NCBI GenBank assembly: GCA_005792285.1
Contig: SXSI01000049.1
Span: forward strand, 19,589-83,588
DNA: 64,000 bases
Origin: Bacteroidota bacterium
Lineage (GTDB): Bacteria; Bacteroidota; Ignavibacteria; UBA10030; UBA8401
Direction of reading: 5' to 3'
The translations under genes and the position numbers were made by a program. Every line of letters starts with the position of its first letter. The stretch's first letter is position 1. Under the pieces are notes generated by a model. That model saw nothing but the letters and a program-made list of their open reading frames with translations, ran no database searches and was not told where the DNA came from. Below, piece after piece: positions 30,039 to 40,418 of this stretch.

Positions 30039-31661
30039 ATGAAACACATTTTATTTTTAATTTTATCTTTTCCAATAATAGTAATGTCGCAAGGGCTTGA
30101 TGCAGCCGATATTTCTAAATCTGCGACAGGGAATAGTATTTCACCTTTTACTACCACATTATTAAAACCATCAATTTTGGAAGGTGTTATTAATTCATCG
30201 GAATATAAAGTTGGTCCTGGTGATATTTTTGGTTTAAGTGTTTCTTCGAGCACTCCTTTTTCAATTGAAGTATTTGTTACACCGGAAGGATCAATATTAA
30301 TCCCAACAGTTGGAAATATAAATATAGCCGGATTAACACTTGAACAATCAAAACAAAAAATTGCTAATTCAGTAAAAAATAAATATTCAATGAGTGAAGT
30401 AAATATTGTATTAATGGTTCCGAGAATATTTAAAGTTACAGTAATTGGCGAAGTAGAATTTCCGGCATTGTATAATGCTCAAGCAACTGATAGAGTTAGT
30501 GTAATTATTGCACACGCTAATGGTGAAAAAGAATATGTTGGATTAAATCCAGTAAATAAAAAAACAAATGGCTCAACAAGAAATATAAAGGTTATTCATA
30601 AATCCGGAACAGAAACATTTATAGATCTTGAATTATACAAGTCAACTCGAAACACAAAATACAATCCATATTTACAAGATGGCGATGTGATAATAATTCC
30701 TAAAAAGCAAATTGAAAAAAATTATTTAGCAATTTATGGTGAAGTTAATTTTCAAGGTACTTATGAATATTTAGAAAGTGATAATCTAAAAATTTTAATT
30801 TTAATTGCAGGTGATGTCTCTTCATTAGCAGATTTAAAAAATGTTGAAGTTACTCGTTGGAATAATCAAACTCAAAAAGATGAAATAATAAAATTAGATC
30901 TTCAATCGAACCCGGAAAATTTTGGTTTTGTATTAAAAAGAGGAGACAGAGTAAATATATTTTCTATAATATCTACTAATTTTAATTATACGGTTCGAGT
31001 TGATGGTGAAGTAAACAATCCGGGAATTTATCCAATCACAAAAGAAGCAACTTATCTTTCAGAAATTATAAATCGAGCAGGTGGATTTACAAAATTTGCA
31101 TCGATGAATTCTTCTAAAATAGCTCGTCGTTTAGTAACTCATTCAGAATTGGAAGTAGAAAAATTGGAAGGAATAAGAGGAAATCTTGCGCCTGAAGATA
31201 TAGAATATTTTAATACAGAGACTGCATTAAGAATTAACCGTGAAATTGTGGTTGTTGATTTCAATGATATTTTTAAAGAAAATAATAAAGTTGCAGATGT
31301 ATTATTAAAATCTGGAGATGTAATTTCAATTCCTTCAATTCAAAAAAATATTTACATATACGGACAAGTTGCAAAGCCAGGATATATTCCTTTGCTTAGT
31401 TCAAATAAAGTTGATGATTATATTAATTTTGCTGGAGGTTTTCTTGAGAATGCGAAAAGTGGTGATATAAAAATTATTAAATCGAGTACAAAAGAATGGG
31501 TTGATCCGAGTGAAACCACAATCGAAGATGGAGATTATATTTTTGTTCCTAAAGAACCTTACCGAGCACCAAGATATTATTTTGAAACTTTCCGCGATAT
31601 AGCAGCATTAACAACTTCACTTGCAACATTATATTTAATGGTTATTCAAATAGGCAAATAA
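30039..31661 (+). CDS. Polysaccharide export protein with SLBB repeats (Wza/KpsD-like)
   Basis: YKVGPGD poly-export motif, repeated GEV..PG.Y and L..GD.I SLBB units. Confidence 0.85.
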   Translation: MKHILFLILSFPIIVMSQGLDAADISKSATGNSISPFTTTLLKPSILEGVINSSEYKVGPGDIFGLSVSSSTPFSIEVFVTPEGSILIPTVGNINIAGLTLEQSKQKIANSVKNKYSMSEVNIVLMVPRIFKVTVIGEVEFPALYNAQATDRVSVIIAHANGEKEYVGLNPVNKKTNGSTRNIKVIHKSGTETFIDLELYKSTRNTKYNPYLQDGDVIIIPKKQIEKNYLAIYGEVNFQGTYEYLESDNLKILILIAGDVSSLADLKNVEVTRWNNQTQKDEIIKLDLQSNPENFGFVLKRGDRVNIFSIISTNFNYTVRVDGEVNNPGIYPITKEATYLSEIINRAGGFTKFASMNSSKIARRLVTHSELEVEKLEGIRGNLAPEDIEYFNTETALRINREIVVVDFNDIFKENNKVADVLLKSGDVISIPSIQKNIYIYGQVAKPGYIPLLSSNKVDDYINFAGGFLENAKSGDIKIIKSSTKEWVDPSETTIEDGDYIFVPKEPYRAPRYYFETFRDIAALTTSLATLYLMVIQIGK

Positions 31662-31662
31662 A

Positions 31663-32844
31663 ATGGCTGAATATAAAGGATTCGAATTTCTCGACATATT
31701 AATATTAATTAGCAAATTTAGAAAAAAATTATTTGTAATATTTTTTTCAAGTTTGTTATTTTCATTCGGCTTTCTATATTATTTTATAGATGAACAATTT
31801 GAAGCGAATGCAGTTATAATTCCTCGCGGTGAAGATGCAAGTGCTGGACTTGGTACAATGATGAAAAATTTTAACAAAGGAGTTCCATTATCATTTGGTA
31901 GTAGTGCATCTGCTCAAATTGAAATAAACAGATACAATACAATTGTCTTTAGTCGAACAACTTTAGAAGAGATAATAAAGAAATATAATCTAATTAAAGT
32001 TTATAAAATTGATTCAACTGAAGATGATGCAATGGAATCTGCTCTTCTTCGACTAAGAAAAAAAATTGCAACACACGAAACCAACAACGATGCTTATGAA
32101 ATTGTTGTTAAATCAAAATCTCCAAAACTTTCCTCGGATATTGCGAATTCTTTAGTTGATGCAATAAATAATAAAATTATAAGTTTAGAAGTTACAAAAT
32201 CCAAAGAGAGCAGATTGTTTTTAGAAAAACGTGTTGAAGATATTCGTGTTGAACTTAGAAATTCTGAAGACTCATTACGTTATTATCAGGAAGTTTCTGG
32301 ATTGATAGATGTAAAAAATCAAATGGAAGGATTATTCACAGTTTATTCTGAATTAGAAACCGAGCTAATTACAAAGCAACTTCAAAAATCAGTTTTGGAA
32401 AGATTATATAGTAAAAATCATCCTGAAGTAAAATCAGCAGAAATTCAAATATCCGAGTATCAAAAAAAATTGGATAAAATAAAATCGGAAGATGAACAAG
32501 GAAGTGTTGTACTTGCACTAAAAAATATTCCAAAAAAAACTGCAGAATATTTAAGACGATTCAGAACTGTTGAAATAAATAACGCACTTTTGGAATTTAT
32601 AATTCCCCTTTATGAGCAAGCAAAAATCGAAGAGAAGAAGGACTTTCCAATTCTACAAGTAATAGATTATGCAATACCGCCAAAGAATCCATCGATGCCA
32701 AGAATTTATTTAGCGATTGCTATCTCATTTTTTATAATGACTTTATCAGCACTTTTCTATTTGATAATTGAATTGTTGAATAATTCTGTTAATCCCAAAT
32801 TGGAATATTTGAGAGGGGAATTTAGTTGGAAAAGAAAAAAGTGA
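31663..32844 (+). CDS. Polysaccharide chain-length determinant (Wzz/GumC-like, no kinase domain)
   Basis: Two TMs flanking a coiled coil; FLEKR, HPEV, QVIDYAIPP. Confidence 0.8.
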   Translation: MAEYKGFEFLDILILISKFRKKLFVIFFSSLLFSFGFLYYFIDEQFEANAVIIPRGEDASAGLGTMMKNFNKGVPLSFGSSASAQIEINRYNTIVFSRTTLEEIIKKYNLIKVYKIDSTEDDAMESALLRLRKKIATHETNNDAYEIVVKSKSPKLSSDIANSLVDAINNKIISLEVTKSKESRLFLEKRVEDIRVELRNSEDSLRYYQEVSGLIDVKNQMEGLFTVYSELETELITKQLQKSVLERLYSKNHPEVKSAEIQISEYQKKLDKIKSEDEQGSVVLALKNIPKKTAEYLRRFRTVEINNALLEFIIPLYEQAKIEEKKDFPILQVIDYAIPPKNPSMPRIYLAIAISFFIMTLSALFYLIIELLNNSVNPKLEYLRGEFSWKRKK

Positions 32845-32856
32845 GAGACACCTCAA

Positions 32857-34260
32857 TTGCTTTCACTAACTGATAAAAGTAATTACACCTCTACTTTTTT
32901 AAAAACCATATTTTATATTTTGGTTTTAAATGTAATTGTATTTTCACTTATAAATATTTTTACATCAAATTTGAGTGATACAATTATTTTATTAATCTGT
33001 GCAATCCCAATAGTCATAATATTCCTTTTTAATTTTAACATTATATATGGAATGTTGTTAATATCTCTTTTCATCCAATTTTATTTTGGATTTACAAGCA
33101 GTGTTTGGTTTTCTTTATTTGTAATTATTTCTCTACTTATTACTTATAAAAATATTTCAATAAATGATTTCAAGTCACCATTAAATTATTCATTTATTAT
33201 TTATTTAATTTCTATCCTCCCTTCATTTATAAACGCACAGAGACCATTTACTAGTTTAATAATGCTTTATCATTTAGTTGCATTATTTTTAATTTTCACA
33301 ATTACAAAATTATATTTTGATTCAGAAAATAAAATATCATTTTTATTAAAAGGATATCTTGCACTTGTTTTACTAAATACAATCACAATATTTATCCAAT
33401 CAATTTTCGAAAGCAAAAGAACATATGGTTTTGCCGGAATTATGTACGTTGATTATGTCGGTGTAGCAATTATGATTTCGGTAGTTCATCTCACATTTAC
33501 AAAAGGTGTAAAAAAAATATTATGGTTCATGCTGTTATCAATATTTGTAACAGGACTGATCTTTACGCAAACAAGAAGTGCTTGGCTTGTTTCGGGATTT
33601 TCAATTTTATTATTTGTAAGTTTTCTATTTTATAAATCGAATCGATTTAATCTCAATCGTTTTAAATTAATATTTAACTCAGCTTTCATAGTGGTAGTAA
33701 TTATTATAATATATTTAGCAGCAACTGAGTTTAATCCAAAAATAGCGGAACGAGCTACAGAATATGCGTCATCTGAACAAGCTCTCGATAAAAGAGGTTA
33801 TGCAGTGAATTCGTTGGTTTCAAGAATGCTAATATGGAGCACGGCTTATAACGCATTTATGGCGCATCCAATAGCGGGAATCGGGTTATATTCTTTTCCA
33901 TACACTTCTTATTTATTTAATAAACTTCCGAAATATTTATTCGATGAATATGTTAGCGGATTAACTGCACACTTAACTTACCTTGCTGTAATTGTTGAAA
34001 CAGGAATTATTGGTTTAATCGGATTTCTAATATTTATTTATTCAATTCTGAAAAATAATTTTAAGTTATTAAATAATTCTCAAGAGAAACAATTTAATAT
34101 TTTAAATTTGTCTGTTGGATGGGGAATAATCTATATTATGATTTCGATGTTTGTAACTGATGCGTGGCTTTGGGGACAAGGAATTATTTTATTTGGAATT
34201 TTTATAGGATTAATGCTTGCAATGTTAAAATTAAATATTGAACCAAATAAATCAGAATAA
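32857..34260 (+). CDS. O-antigen ligase/polymerase (Wzy_C family)
   Basis: Polytopic; TQTRSAW, RMLIW..A, HPIAGIG, AHLTYL..ETGIIG. Confidence 0.8.
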   Translation: MLSLTDKSNYTSTFLKTIFYILVLNVIVFSLINIFTSNLSDTIILLICAIPIVIIFLFNFNIIYGMLLISLFIQFYFGFTSSVWFSLFVIISLLITYKNISINDFKSPLNYSFIIYLISILPSFINAQRPFTSLIMLYHLVALFLIFTITKLYFDSENKISFLLKGYLALVLLNTITIFIQSIFESKRTYGFAGIMYVDYVGVAIMISVVHLTFTKGVKKILWFMLLSIFVTGLIFTQTRSAWLVSGFSILLFVSFLFYKSNRFNLNRFKLIFNSAFIVVVIIIIYLAATEFNPKIAERATEYASSEQALDKRGYAVNSLVSRMLIWSTAYNAFMAHPIAGIGLYSFPYTSYLFNKLPKYLFDEYVSGLTAHLTYLAVIVETGIIGLIGFLIFIYSILKNNFKLLNNSQEKQFNILNLSVGWGIIYIMISMFVTDAWLWGQGIILFGIFIGLMLAMLKLNIEPNKSE

Positions 34261-34264
34261 AGGA

Positions 34265-35785
34265 ATGAGAAAAAAAATTCTTTTAGGTTCATTAAGTGGA
34301 ATAGTTCAAGTAGCAATAAATACAATTCTGGTTGTATTAACAGTTTCTCTTTTTATTGATAAACTTGGAGTAGAGCTTTACGGGATATTTTCACTTTTTG
34401 CTGTAATTGGAAATTTCAATCTTCTGGTTAATTTAGGATTTAATACATCATTAATTAAATTTCTTGTTGAGCAAGGACGAACTGAAGAATCTAATTACGA
34501 CATAATTACAGTATTTCTCGTTCTTAGTTTAATTTTAGTTTTAGTTACAGCATTGCTTTTATTCAATGAAACATTTGTATTAAAAAATATATTTTGGCTT
34601 CCCGAAATTTATCTGACAACTGAAACATCAATTCTATTTAAAACAATATTATTTTCAAGTGTACTTGTAATACTCGGACAAGTACCAAGTGCAATTTTTG
34701 ATTCATTGCAAAAAACTTATTTAACAAATCTTCTTCAATTATTTTATAGCATTTTAAATAAGTCAAGTATAATTATTTTACTATTTGTTGATCCAAGATT
34801 ATCTTCAATTGGGATATTTTCTTTATCAGCAACAATAATCTGGTTTATAATTCTTTTTATTGTCGCTATAAAAGTTTGGGGATTTTATAGAATTGCAAAT
34901 TATTCGAAATCATTTATTCCAACAATTAAAAAGCAACTCAAATATAGTTCTAAAATTTATGGAAGTAATATTTTAGGGTTCTTCTATGAGCCATTAACTA
35001 AAATATTAATCAACAAATATATCGGGATTAGAGAAGTCGCTTTCTTCGAAATTGCATTGAGAATAAAAGGACTTTTCTGGAGTCTCATTGAAAGATTGAT
35101 TTATCCTATAACTCCATTAATTGGAAAGTTAGAAAATAAAATTCAAATCGCGCAAATAATACAAACAGTAGAAAAAAAATTATTATTATTTGGAATATTT
35201 ATTATTGCAATCGTTTGTACAAATATGCACCAAATCGTACAACTTTGGATTGGAAGAGAAGTTGAAATAATAAGTACAACTGCTAATATTATTTTAGCTT
35301 CATATTTATTATTTGCATTACCATTATATCCAACATATCAATATTTAATTATGAAAGGTTTTCCGGAAAAAGTATTAATTCTGCAATCGGTAAATGTTAT
35401 AGTAAACGTCTCCTTATTTTATTTATTATTAGCTTACTTTAATTATTGGGGAGCAATAGTTTCATTTATCATTGCTGTCCTTTGTTCATTCATACTTCTA
35501 TTAAAGTTTAGAACGAAATTGCTAGATATAAAAATTATTGAAAATGTAACTGATCTTCGGAATATAATTTTATTTTCAATAATATTAGTTGCACTCAATG
35601 GATTTATAAATATGTTTCTCTTTTCGACTTCTACACACATTATTATAGTCATAATATTTAATAGTTTAGTTTCATTCTTATTGATAAGATATCTTCATTT
35701 ATTTTCAAAAGAGGATTTTAATATATTTTTTGGTGAGAATATAAAATATAAAAATATATTTTCAAAAATAATGATATCAAATTAA
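34265..35785 (+). CDS. wzx: Polysaccharide flippase Wzx
   Basis: Polytopic MATE-like; LGVELYGIF, LGFNTSLIKF; ATG at 34265 preferred over the overlapping TTG. Confidence 0.8.
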   Translation: MRKKILLGSLSGIVQVAINTILVVLTVSLFIDKLGVELYGIFSLFAVIGNFNLLVNLGFNTSLIKFLVEQGRTEESNYDIITVFLVLSLILVLVTALLLFNETFVLKNIFWLPEIYLTTETSILFKTILFSSVLVILGQVPSAIFDSLQKTYLTNLLQLFYSILNKSSIIILLFVDPRLSSIGIFSLSATIIWFIILFIVAIKVWGFYRIANYSKSFIPTIKKQLKYSSKIYGSNILGFFYEPLTKILINKYIGIREVAFFEIALRIKGLFWSLIERLIYPITPLIGKLENKIQIAQIIQTVEKKLLLFGIFIIAIVCTNMHQIVQLWIGREVEIISTTANIILASYLLFALPLYPTYQYLIMKGFPEKVLILQSVNVIVNVSLFYLLLAYFNYWGAIVSFIIAVLCSFILLLKFRTKLLDIKIIENVTDLRNIILFSIILVALNGFINMFLFSTSTHIIIVIIFNSLVSFLLIRYLHLFSKEDFNIFFGENIKYKNIFSKIMISN

Positions 35786-35788
35786 TTC

Positions 35789-36523
35789 ATGAAATCCGTT
35801 AAAAGCATTTTACATTCTTTATTTAAAAAAACAGGATATAGTATTCAACCATATTATACGTTGCAAGAAAATGTAAATATGGGAAAGTATAAATGGCTTG
35901 AAGAGTACAAGATCAAAACATTATTGGATGTTGGTGCAAATATTGGTGAGTTCTCTACTTTATTGAAACAAATTCTTCCGGATTTGAAAATATATTGTTT
36001 TGAACCACTTGAAGATTGTTTTCTTCAACTGCAGTTGATCAAAGAAAAGTATTCCAATATTAAATTATTTAAAATCGGATTGGGAGAAATTAATGAAGAA
36101 AAAATAATAAATCACAATGAATTTGCCCCAAGTTCATCTTTGTTAAAAGCTACCAACATATCAATAAATGCATTTCCATATACATCAAAATCTGTTGAAG
36201 AGAAAATTAAAATATGCACTCTCGATTCACTACAAGATGAAATTATATTCGAAAAGAATATCTTACTTAAAATTGATGTTCAAGGATATGAAAAACAAGT
36301 TTTACTTGGTGCAAAAACTGTATTGCCAAAGATTGCTGTAATTATAATTGAGCTCAGCATAGAAGAACTGTACGAAGATCAACCACTGTTCGATGAAATA
36401 TATAATTATTTAAAAGAAAATTCTTTTAGATATGTCGGAAATTATGATCAAATGTTCGATCCCAGAAATGGGAAAGTTCTTCAAGTTGATTCAATATTTA
36501 TAAATACAAATCTTATAAAGTAA
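35789..36523 (+). CDS. FkbM-family methyltransferase
   Basis: LDVGANIG, FEP, LLKIDVQGYE. Confidence 0.9.
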   Translation: MKSVKSILHSLFKKTGYSIQPYYTLQENVNMGKYKWLEEYKIKTLLDVGANIGEFSTLLKQILPDLKIYCFEPLEDCFLQLQLIKEKYSNIKLFKIGLGEINEEKIINHNEFAPSSSLLKATNISINAFPYTSKSVEEKIKICTLDSLQDEIIFEKNILLKIDVQGYEKQVLLGAKTVLPKIAVIIIELSIEELYEDQPLFDEIYNYLKENSFRYVGNYDQMFDPRNGKVLQVDSIFINTNLIK

Positions 36524-36530
36524 CTGCACA

Positions 36531-37526
36531 ATGGTAAAAATATCTGCAATAATATCACTTTATAATTCCGAGAAATTTATTTGTGGAAAGATTGAAGATC
36601 TACTTCAACAAACTATTGTATCGCAATTAGAAATAATAATTGTGAATAGTGGCTCAACTCAAAATGAAAAAATTATTATTGAAGAATATCTTCGTGCAAA
36701 TAATAATATTAAATATTTAGAAACATCAGAAAGAGAAACTATTTATAAAGCTTGGAATCGTGGAATTAATGAATCTGTTGGAGAGTATATTACAAATGCA
36801 AATTCAGATGATCGACTTCGTAAAGATGCATTTGAAATTCTTTCTAATTCACTTGTTGCTAATCCAGAAATAGCAATTGTTTTTGCGGATCAATTTATTT
36901 CAAACATTCCGAATGAAATAATTTCTGAATATTATGGAAGAAAAAAATATTATAGATCAGAATATTCGAGATTAAATTTATTAGCTAATTATGAAATTGG
37001 TTCTCAGTCAATGTGGCGAGCTTCTTTACACAAAAAAGAGAATATATATTTTAATGAAAAATATGAAGTTGCAGGAGATTATGAATTTTGTTGTCGAGTT
37101 TCTGAGAATCATAAAATTAAAAAAATAAATATGGTTTTAGGTTTATGCTACCGTTCAAATGAATTTGAAAATAAGGAGCTCCAAAATATTGAAAATACAA
37201 ACAAGGAAACTTTTGAAATACGAGAGAAGTATCTTCGCCGTTATTTAAAAACTATTTCTGTATCTGAACAATTTATGTTAATTAAAAGAGTAGATGCTTA
37301 TTTATTGTTACCAGCATTTCTACATATTATTCTATTTCGATTGAGTAAACAGTTTTCATTGTCCAATCAATTGTTACCACGTGGATTTGTTTGTTGGCTT
37401 GGATCTATAATATTAGAAATACAGGGAAATATCAGAGAAGCAAAAAAATATTGTACAAAAGGTAATAATATCCAATCAGCAATATTTTTAAGAAATCAAC
37501 TTGAAAAATTAAATAAATTACCTTGA
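36531..37526 (+). CDS. Glycosyltransferase family 2
   Basis: ISAIISLYN, AWNRGI, ANSDD, AGDYEF. Confidence 0.88.
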   Translation: MVKISAIISLYNSEKFICGKIEDLLQQTIVSQLEIIIVNSGSTQNEKIIIEEYLRANNNIKYLETSERETIYKAWNRGINESVGEYITNANSDDRLRKDAFEILSNSLVANPEIAIVFADQFISNIPNEIISEYYGRKKYYRSEYSRLNLLANYEIGSQSMWRASLHKKENIYFNEKYEVAGDYEFCCRVSENHKIKKINMVLGLCYRSNEFENKELQNIENTNKETFEIREKYLRRYLKTISVSEQFMLIKRVDAYLLLPAFLHIILFRLSKQFSLSNQLLPRGFVCWLGSIILEIQGNIREAKKYCTKGNNIQSAIFLRNQLEKLNKLP

Positions 37527-38326
37527 ATATTATAAATCCCAAAAATAAAATAGGTGTTGGTATAATTACTTATAATCGTGAAGACTTATTTTATGAGTGC
37601 TTGAAAAGTCTTGCATTTGCTGATGAAATTGTCGTTGTAAATGACGGGAAAGAATTTAAAAATACCAAAAATCTTTCAAACATAAATCATATAATCCAAC
37701 ATGATAAAAATTATGGTGTAGCTAAATCTAAAAATGATGCTCTTAAGTATTTGTTAAAACAGGGTTGCGAAAATATATTCTTATGTGAAGATGATGTAAA
37801 AATAATAAATGAAAATGTTTTTGAAGAATATATCAAAGCTAGCGAAACAAGTGGGATTCAACATTTAAATTACGCATATCATGGACCAACAAATAAAAAT
37901 AATATATCACACTATCAGGAAATAAAGTATGAAAAGGGTGTAGGGTTATCTTTTCACAGATATCCAATTGGTGCTTTTACATTTTATACACGAACTGCAA
38001 TTGAAAAAGTTGGATTGCTTGATGAACGATTTCATAACTTTCATGATCATGTTGATCATACCGCAAGATTTATTAAAGCAAAACTTCATCCACCGTATGG
38101 TTGGTTTGCTGATATTGTTTCAAGTGATAAATTTATATCTGATCAAGATCCTGAACTTTCAAGAAGTACAAATAAAAGAAACACACTGAATTATTCTTTG
38201 AAATATTATTATTATTATTTGAAATATATTATAAAAAATGGAAATCCGAAAGTATCAGAAATTACAGAATTAAATTCTTATCTCATTAATCTCAAATCGA
38301 AAAACAAATTTAATTTTGTAAAATAA
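37523..38326 (+). CDS. Glycosyltransferase family 2
   Basis: GIITYNR, VVNDG, GVAKSKN, CEDD, GLLDERF. Confidence 0.85.
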   Translation: MNIINPKNKIGVGIITYNREDLFYECLKSLAFADEIVVVNDGKEFKNTKNLSNINHIIQHDKNYGVAKSKNDALKYLLKQGCENIFLCEDDVKIINENVFEEYIKASETSGIQHLNYAYHGPTNKNNISHYQEIKYEKGVGLSFHRYPIGAFTFYTRTAIEKVGLLDERFHNFHDHVDHTARFIKAKLHPPYGWFADIVSSDKFISDQDPELSRSTNKRNTLNYSLKYYYYYLKYIIKNGNPKVSEITELNSYLINLKSKNKFNFVK

Positions 38327-38327
38327 A

Positions 38328-39227
38328 ATGCCAAAAGTTGCTGCAGTAATATTAAATTATAATTCTCATAAAGATTTGGAAAAATGCATCAATTCCATAA
38401 GAAAAAATGTAACTGAAAAGATTGCGATTATCATAGTCGATAATAATTCTAAAAAAGAAAGTGTGGATTATATACAATCGCAAATAAATGATATTACGCT
38501 TATTAAACGAAATATTAACGATGGATATGCTGCAGGAAATAATGTAGGAATCCGTAAAGCATTATCGCTCGGAGTTGATTATGTGTTGATTATGAATCCT
38601 GATATAATAGTAAAAGATAATTTTCTTTCACCGTTACTAAAAATATTAAATGAGAACTCCGAAGTAGGAATTGTTACCGGAAAAGCGTTTCGAAAAATAT
38701 CATCAAAAATTTATACAACAGGTGGCAGAATTAGTCTGTTATTATGCTCTGTATTACCACTTTCTTCAAATAAAATCTATAAACCTCAGTTTGTTAATTT
38801 TATATCTGGATGTTTGATGATAGTAAGAAAAGAAGTTTTTCAGATTGTCGGATATTTTGAAGAACGTTATTTTATGTATTCAGAAGATTTAAAATATTCG
38901 TTTAATGCTAATAAACATTTCAAATTATATTATCAACCAGAATCAGTTTTTTATCATGGAAGTGGTGCAGGAAATATTCTAGAAGAATATTCGCCATCAT
39001 ATTTATATTATTCAATAAGAAATCGAATATTATTTTTTACTGATGCTTTCCCATTTCTCAAATATTACGTTATAACAATTTTATTATTAATAATTTTTGG
39101 AAAATTAGTATTACTTGTCTTTTCTATGAAAGGAAATGATAATAGACTTTCTCAACAAATAATTGCTCTTGTAAACGGATGGATTGATGGAGCAAAAGGA
39201 ATAATGGGACGAAATCCTAAATATTAA
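38328..39227 (+). CDS. Glycosyltransferase family 2 (rhamnosyltransferase-like)
   Basis: VILNYN, VDNNS, GYAAGNNVG, MNPD, SGCLM, YFMYSED. Confidence 0.88.
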   Translation: MPKVAAVILNYNSHKDLEKCINSIRKNVTEKIAIIIVDNNSKKESVDYIQSQINDITLIKRNINDGYAAGNNVGIRKALSLGVDYVLIMNPDIIVKDNFLSPLLKILNENSEVGIVTGKAFRKISSKIYTTGGRISLLLCSVLPLSSNKIYKPQFVNFISGCLMIVRKEVFQIVGYFEERYFMYSEDLKYSFNANKHFKLYYQPESVFYHGSGAGNILEEYSPSYLYYSIRNRILFFTDAFPFLKYYVITILLLIIFGKLVLLVFSMKGNDNRLSQQIIALVNGWIDGAKGIMGRNPKY

Positions 39228-39230
39228 AAA

Positions 39231-40403
39231 ATGAAAATATTATTTATTACATCGAGAATTCCTTATCCACTTTTTAGAGGAGATAAACTTAGAGTTTATA
39301 ATTTGATTCGTAATCTTTCAAAATCAAATGAGATAATACTTTTGAGCTTTGTTGAAAATAAAAGTGAGTATGAATTGCAAAATGAATTAGCTAAATATTG
39401 TACAAGAATTGAACTTATTTATTTACCAGTTTGGAAATCAGTAATTAATTCTGTTTTGGGGTTCTTTAGTAAACTGCCAATTCAAGTTAAATATTATAAT
39501 TCAAAAAAAATGAATACTCTTGTGAAAAATGTAATCCAAGAAGAAAAACCTGATTTAATACATACTCATCTTATAAGAATGGCTCCATATACATTTGATA
39601 TTGATCATCCAAAAAAAGTTATCGATCTAACTGATGCCGTATCGTTGTATCTAAAACGATTTCAGAAATTAACTAAAAACCCTTTCTTGAAATTATTCCT
39701 TTTGATTGAAAAAAATAGAATGTATAAGTATGAAAAAATCATACAAAAATATGATAGAGCTTTTGTGTGCTCTGAAATTGATAAAGAATATCTTTTAAGT
39801 AGAAACACAAAATTAAAAATAAATTTAGTTTACAATGGAATCGAGTTAGAAAATTATAAAACCAAAAAGCATATCAAAAGGTTAAACTCGATAATATTTA
39901 CAGGTAATATGTCCTATTATCCAAATAGTGATGCAGTAGAATATTTTGTAAAAGAAATATTTCCGCAGATATTATTGAAAGTTCCAAGTGCGAAGTTTTA
40001 TATTGTCGGACAAAATCCAAGTAGTAAAATTATAAAGATGAAATCACAAAATATAATTGTAACTGGTTTCGTTAAAGACATTTGCAGTGAATATTTACAA
40101 TCAGACATTGCTGTTTCACCTATTAGATACGGAGCCGGAACATTAACCAAAATATTAGAATCGTCTTCATTGGGAATTCCTGTAATTGCAACTCCAATCG
40201 GATCCTTAGGGCTGAATTTACAACACAATAAAGAAATATTAATTGCGAATTCTAAAGAAGAATTTGCTGATTATGCTATAAAATTATTAAACTCGAAAAA
40301 AGAAAGAGAAAGAATTGGTATTAATGGAAAAAAGAAAGTTCGAGATTTATACGGATTAGGTAAAATAACAAACGACTTAAATAAAATTTATAGCCAATTA
40401 TAA
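39231..40403 (+). CDS. Glycosyltransferase family 4
   Basis: RIPYP..RGDKLR, FTGNMSYYPN, PIRYGAG..KILE...GIPVI. Confidence 0.88.
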   Translation: MKILFITSRIPYPLFRGDKLRVYNLIRNLSKSNEIILLSFVENKSEYELQNELAKYCTRIELIYLPVWKSVINSVLGFFSKLPIQVKYYNSKKMNTLVKNVIQEEKPDLIHTHLIRMAPYTFDIDHPKKVIDLTDAVSLYLKRFQKLTKNPFLKLFLLIEKNRMYKYEKIIQKYDRAFVCSEIDKEYLLSRNTKLKINLVYNGIELENYKTKKHIKRLNSIIFTGNMSYYPNSDAVEYFVKEIFPQILLKVPSAKFYIVGQNPSSKIIKMKSQNIIVTGFVKDICSEYLQSDIAVSPIRYGAGTLTKILESSSLGIPVIATPIGSLGLNLQHNKEILIANSKEEFADYAIKLLNSKKERERIGINGKKKVRDLYGLGKITNDLNKIYSQL

Positions 40404-40418
40404 AATAATATAATTAAA

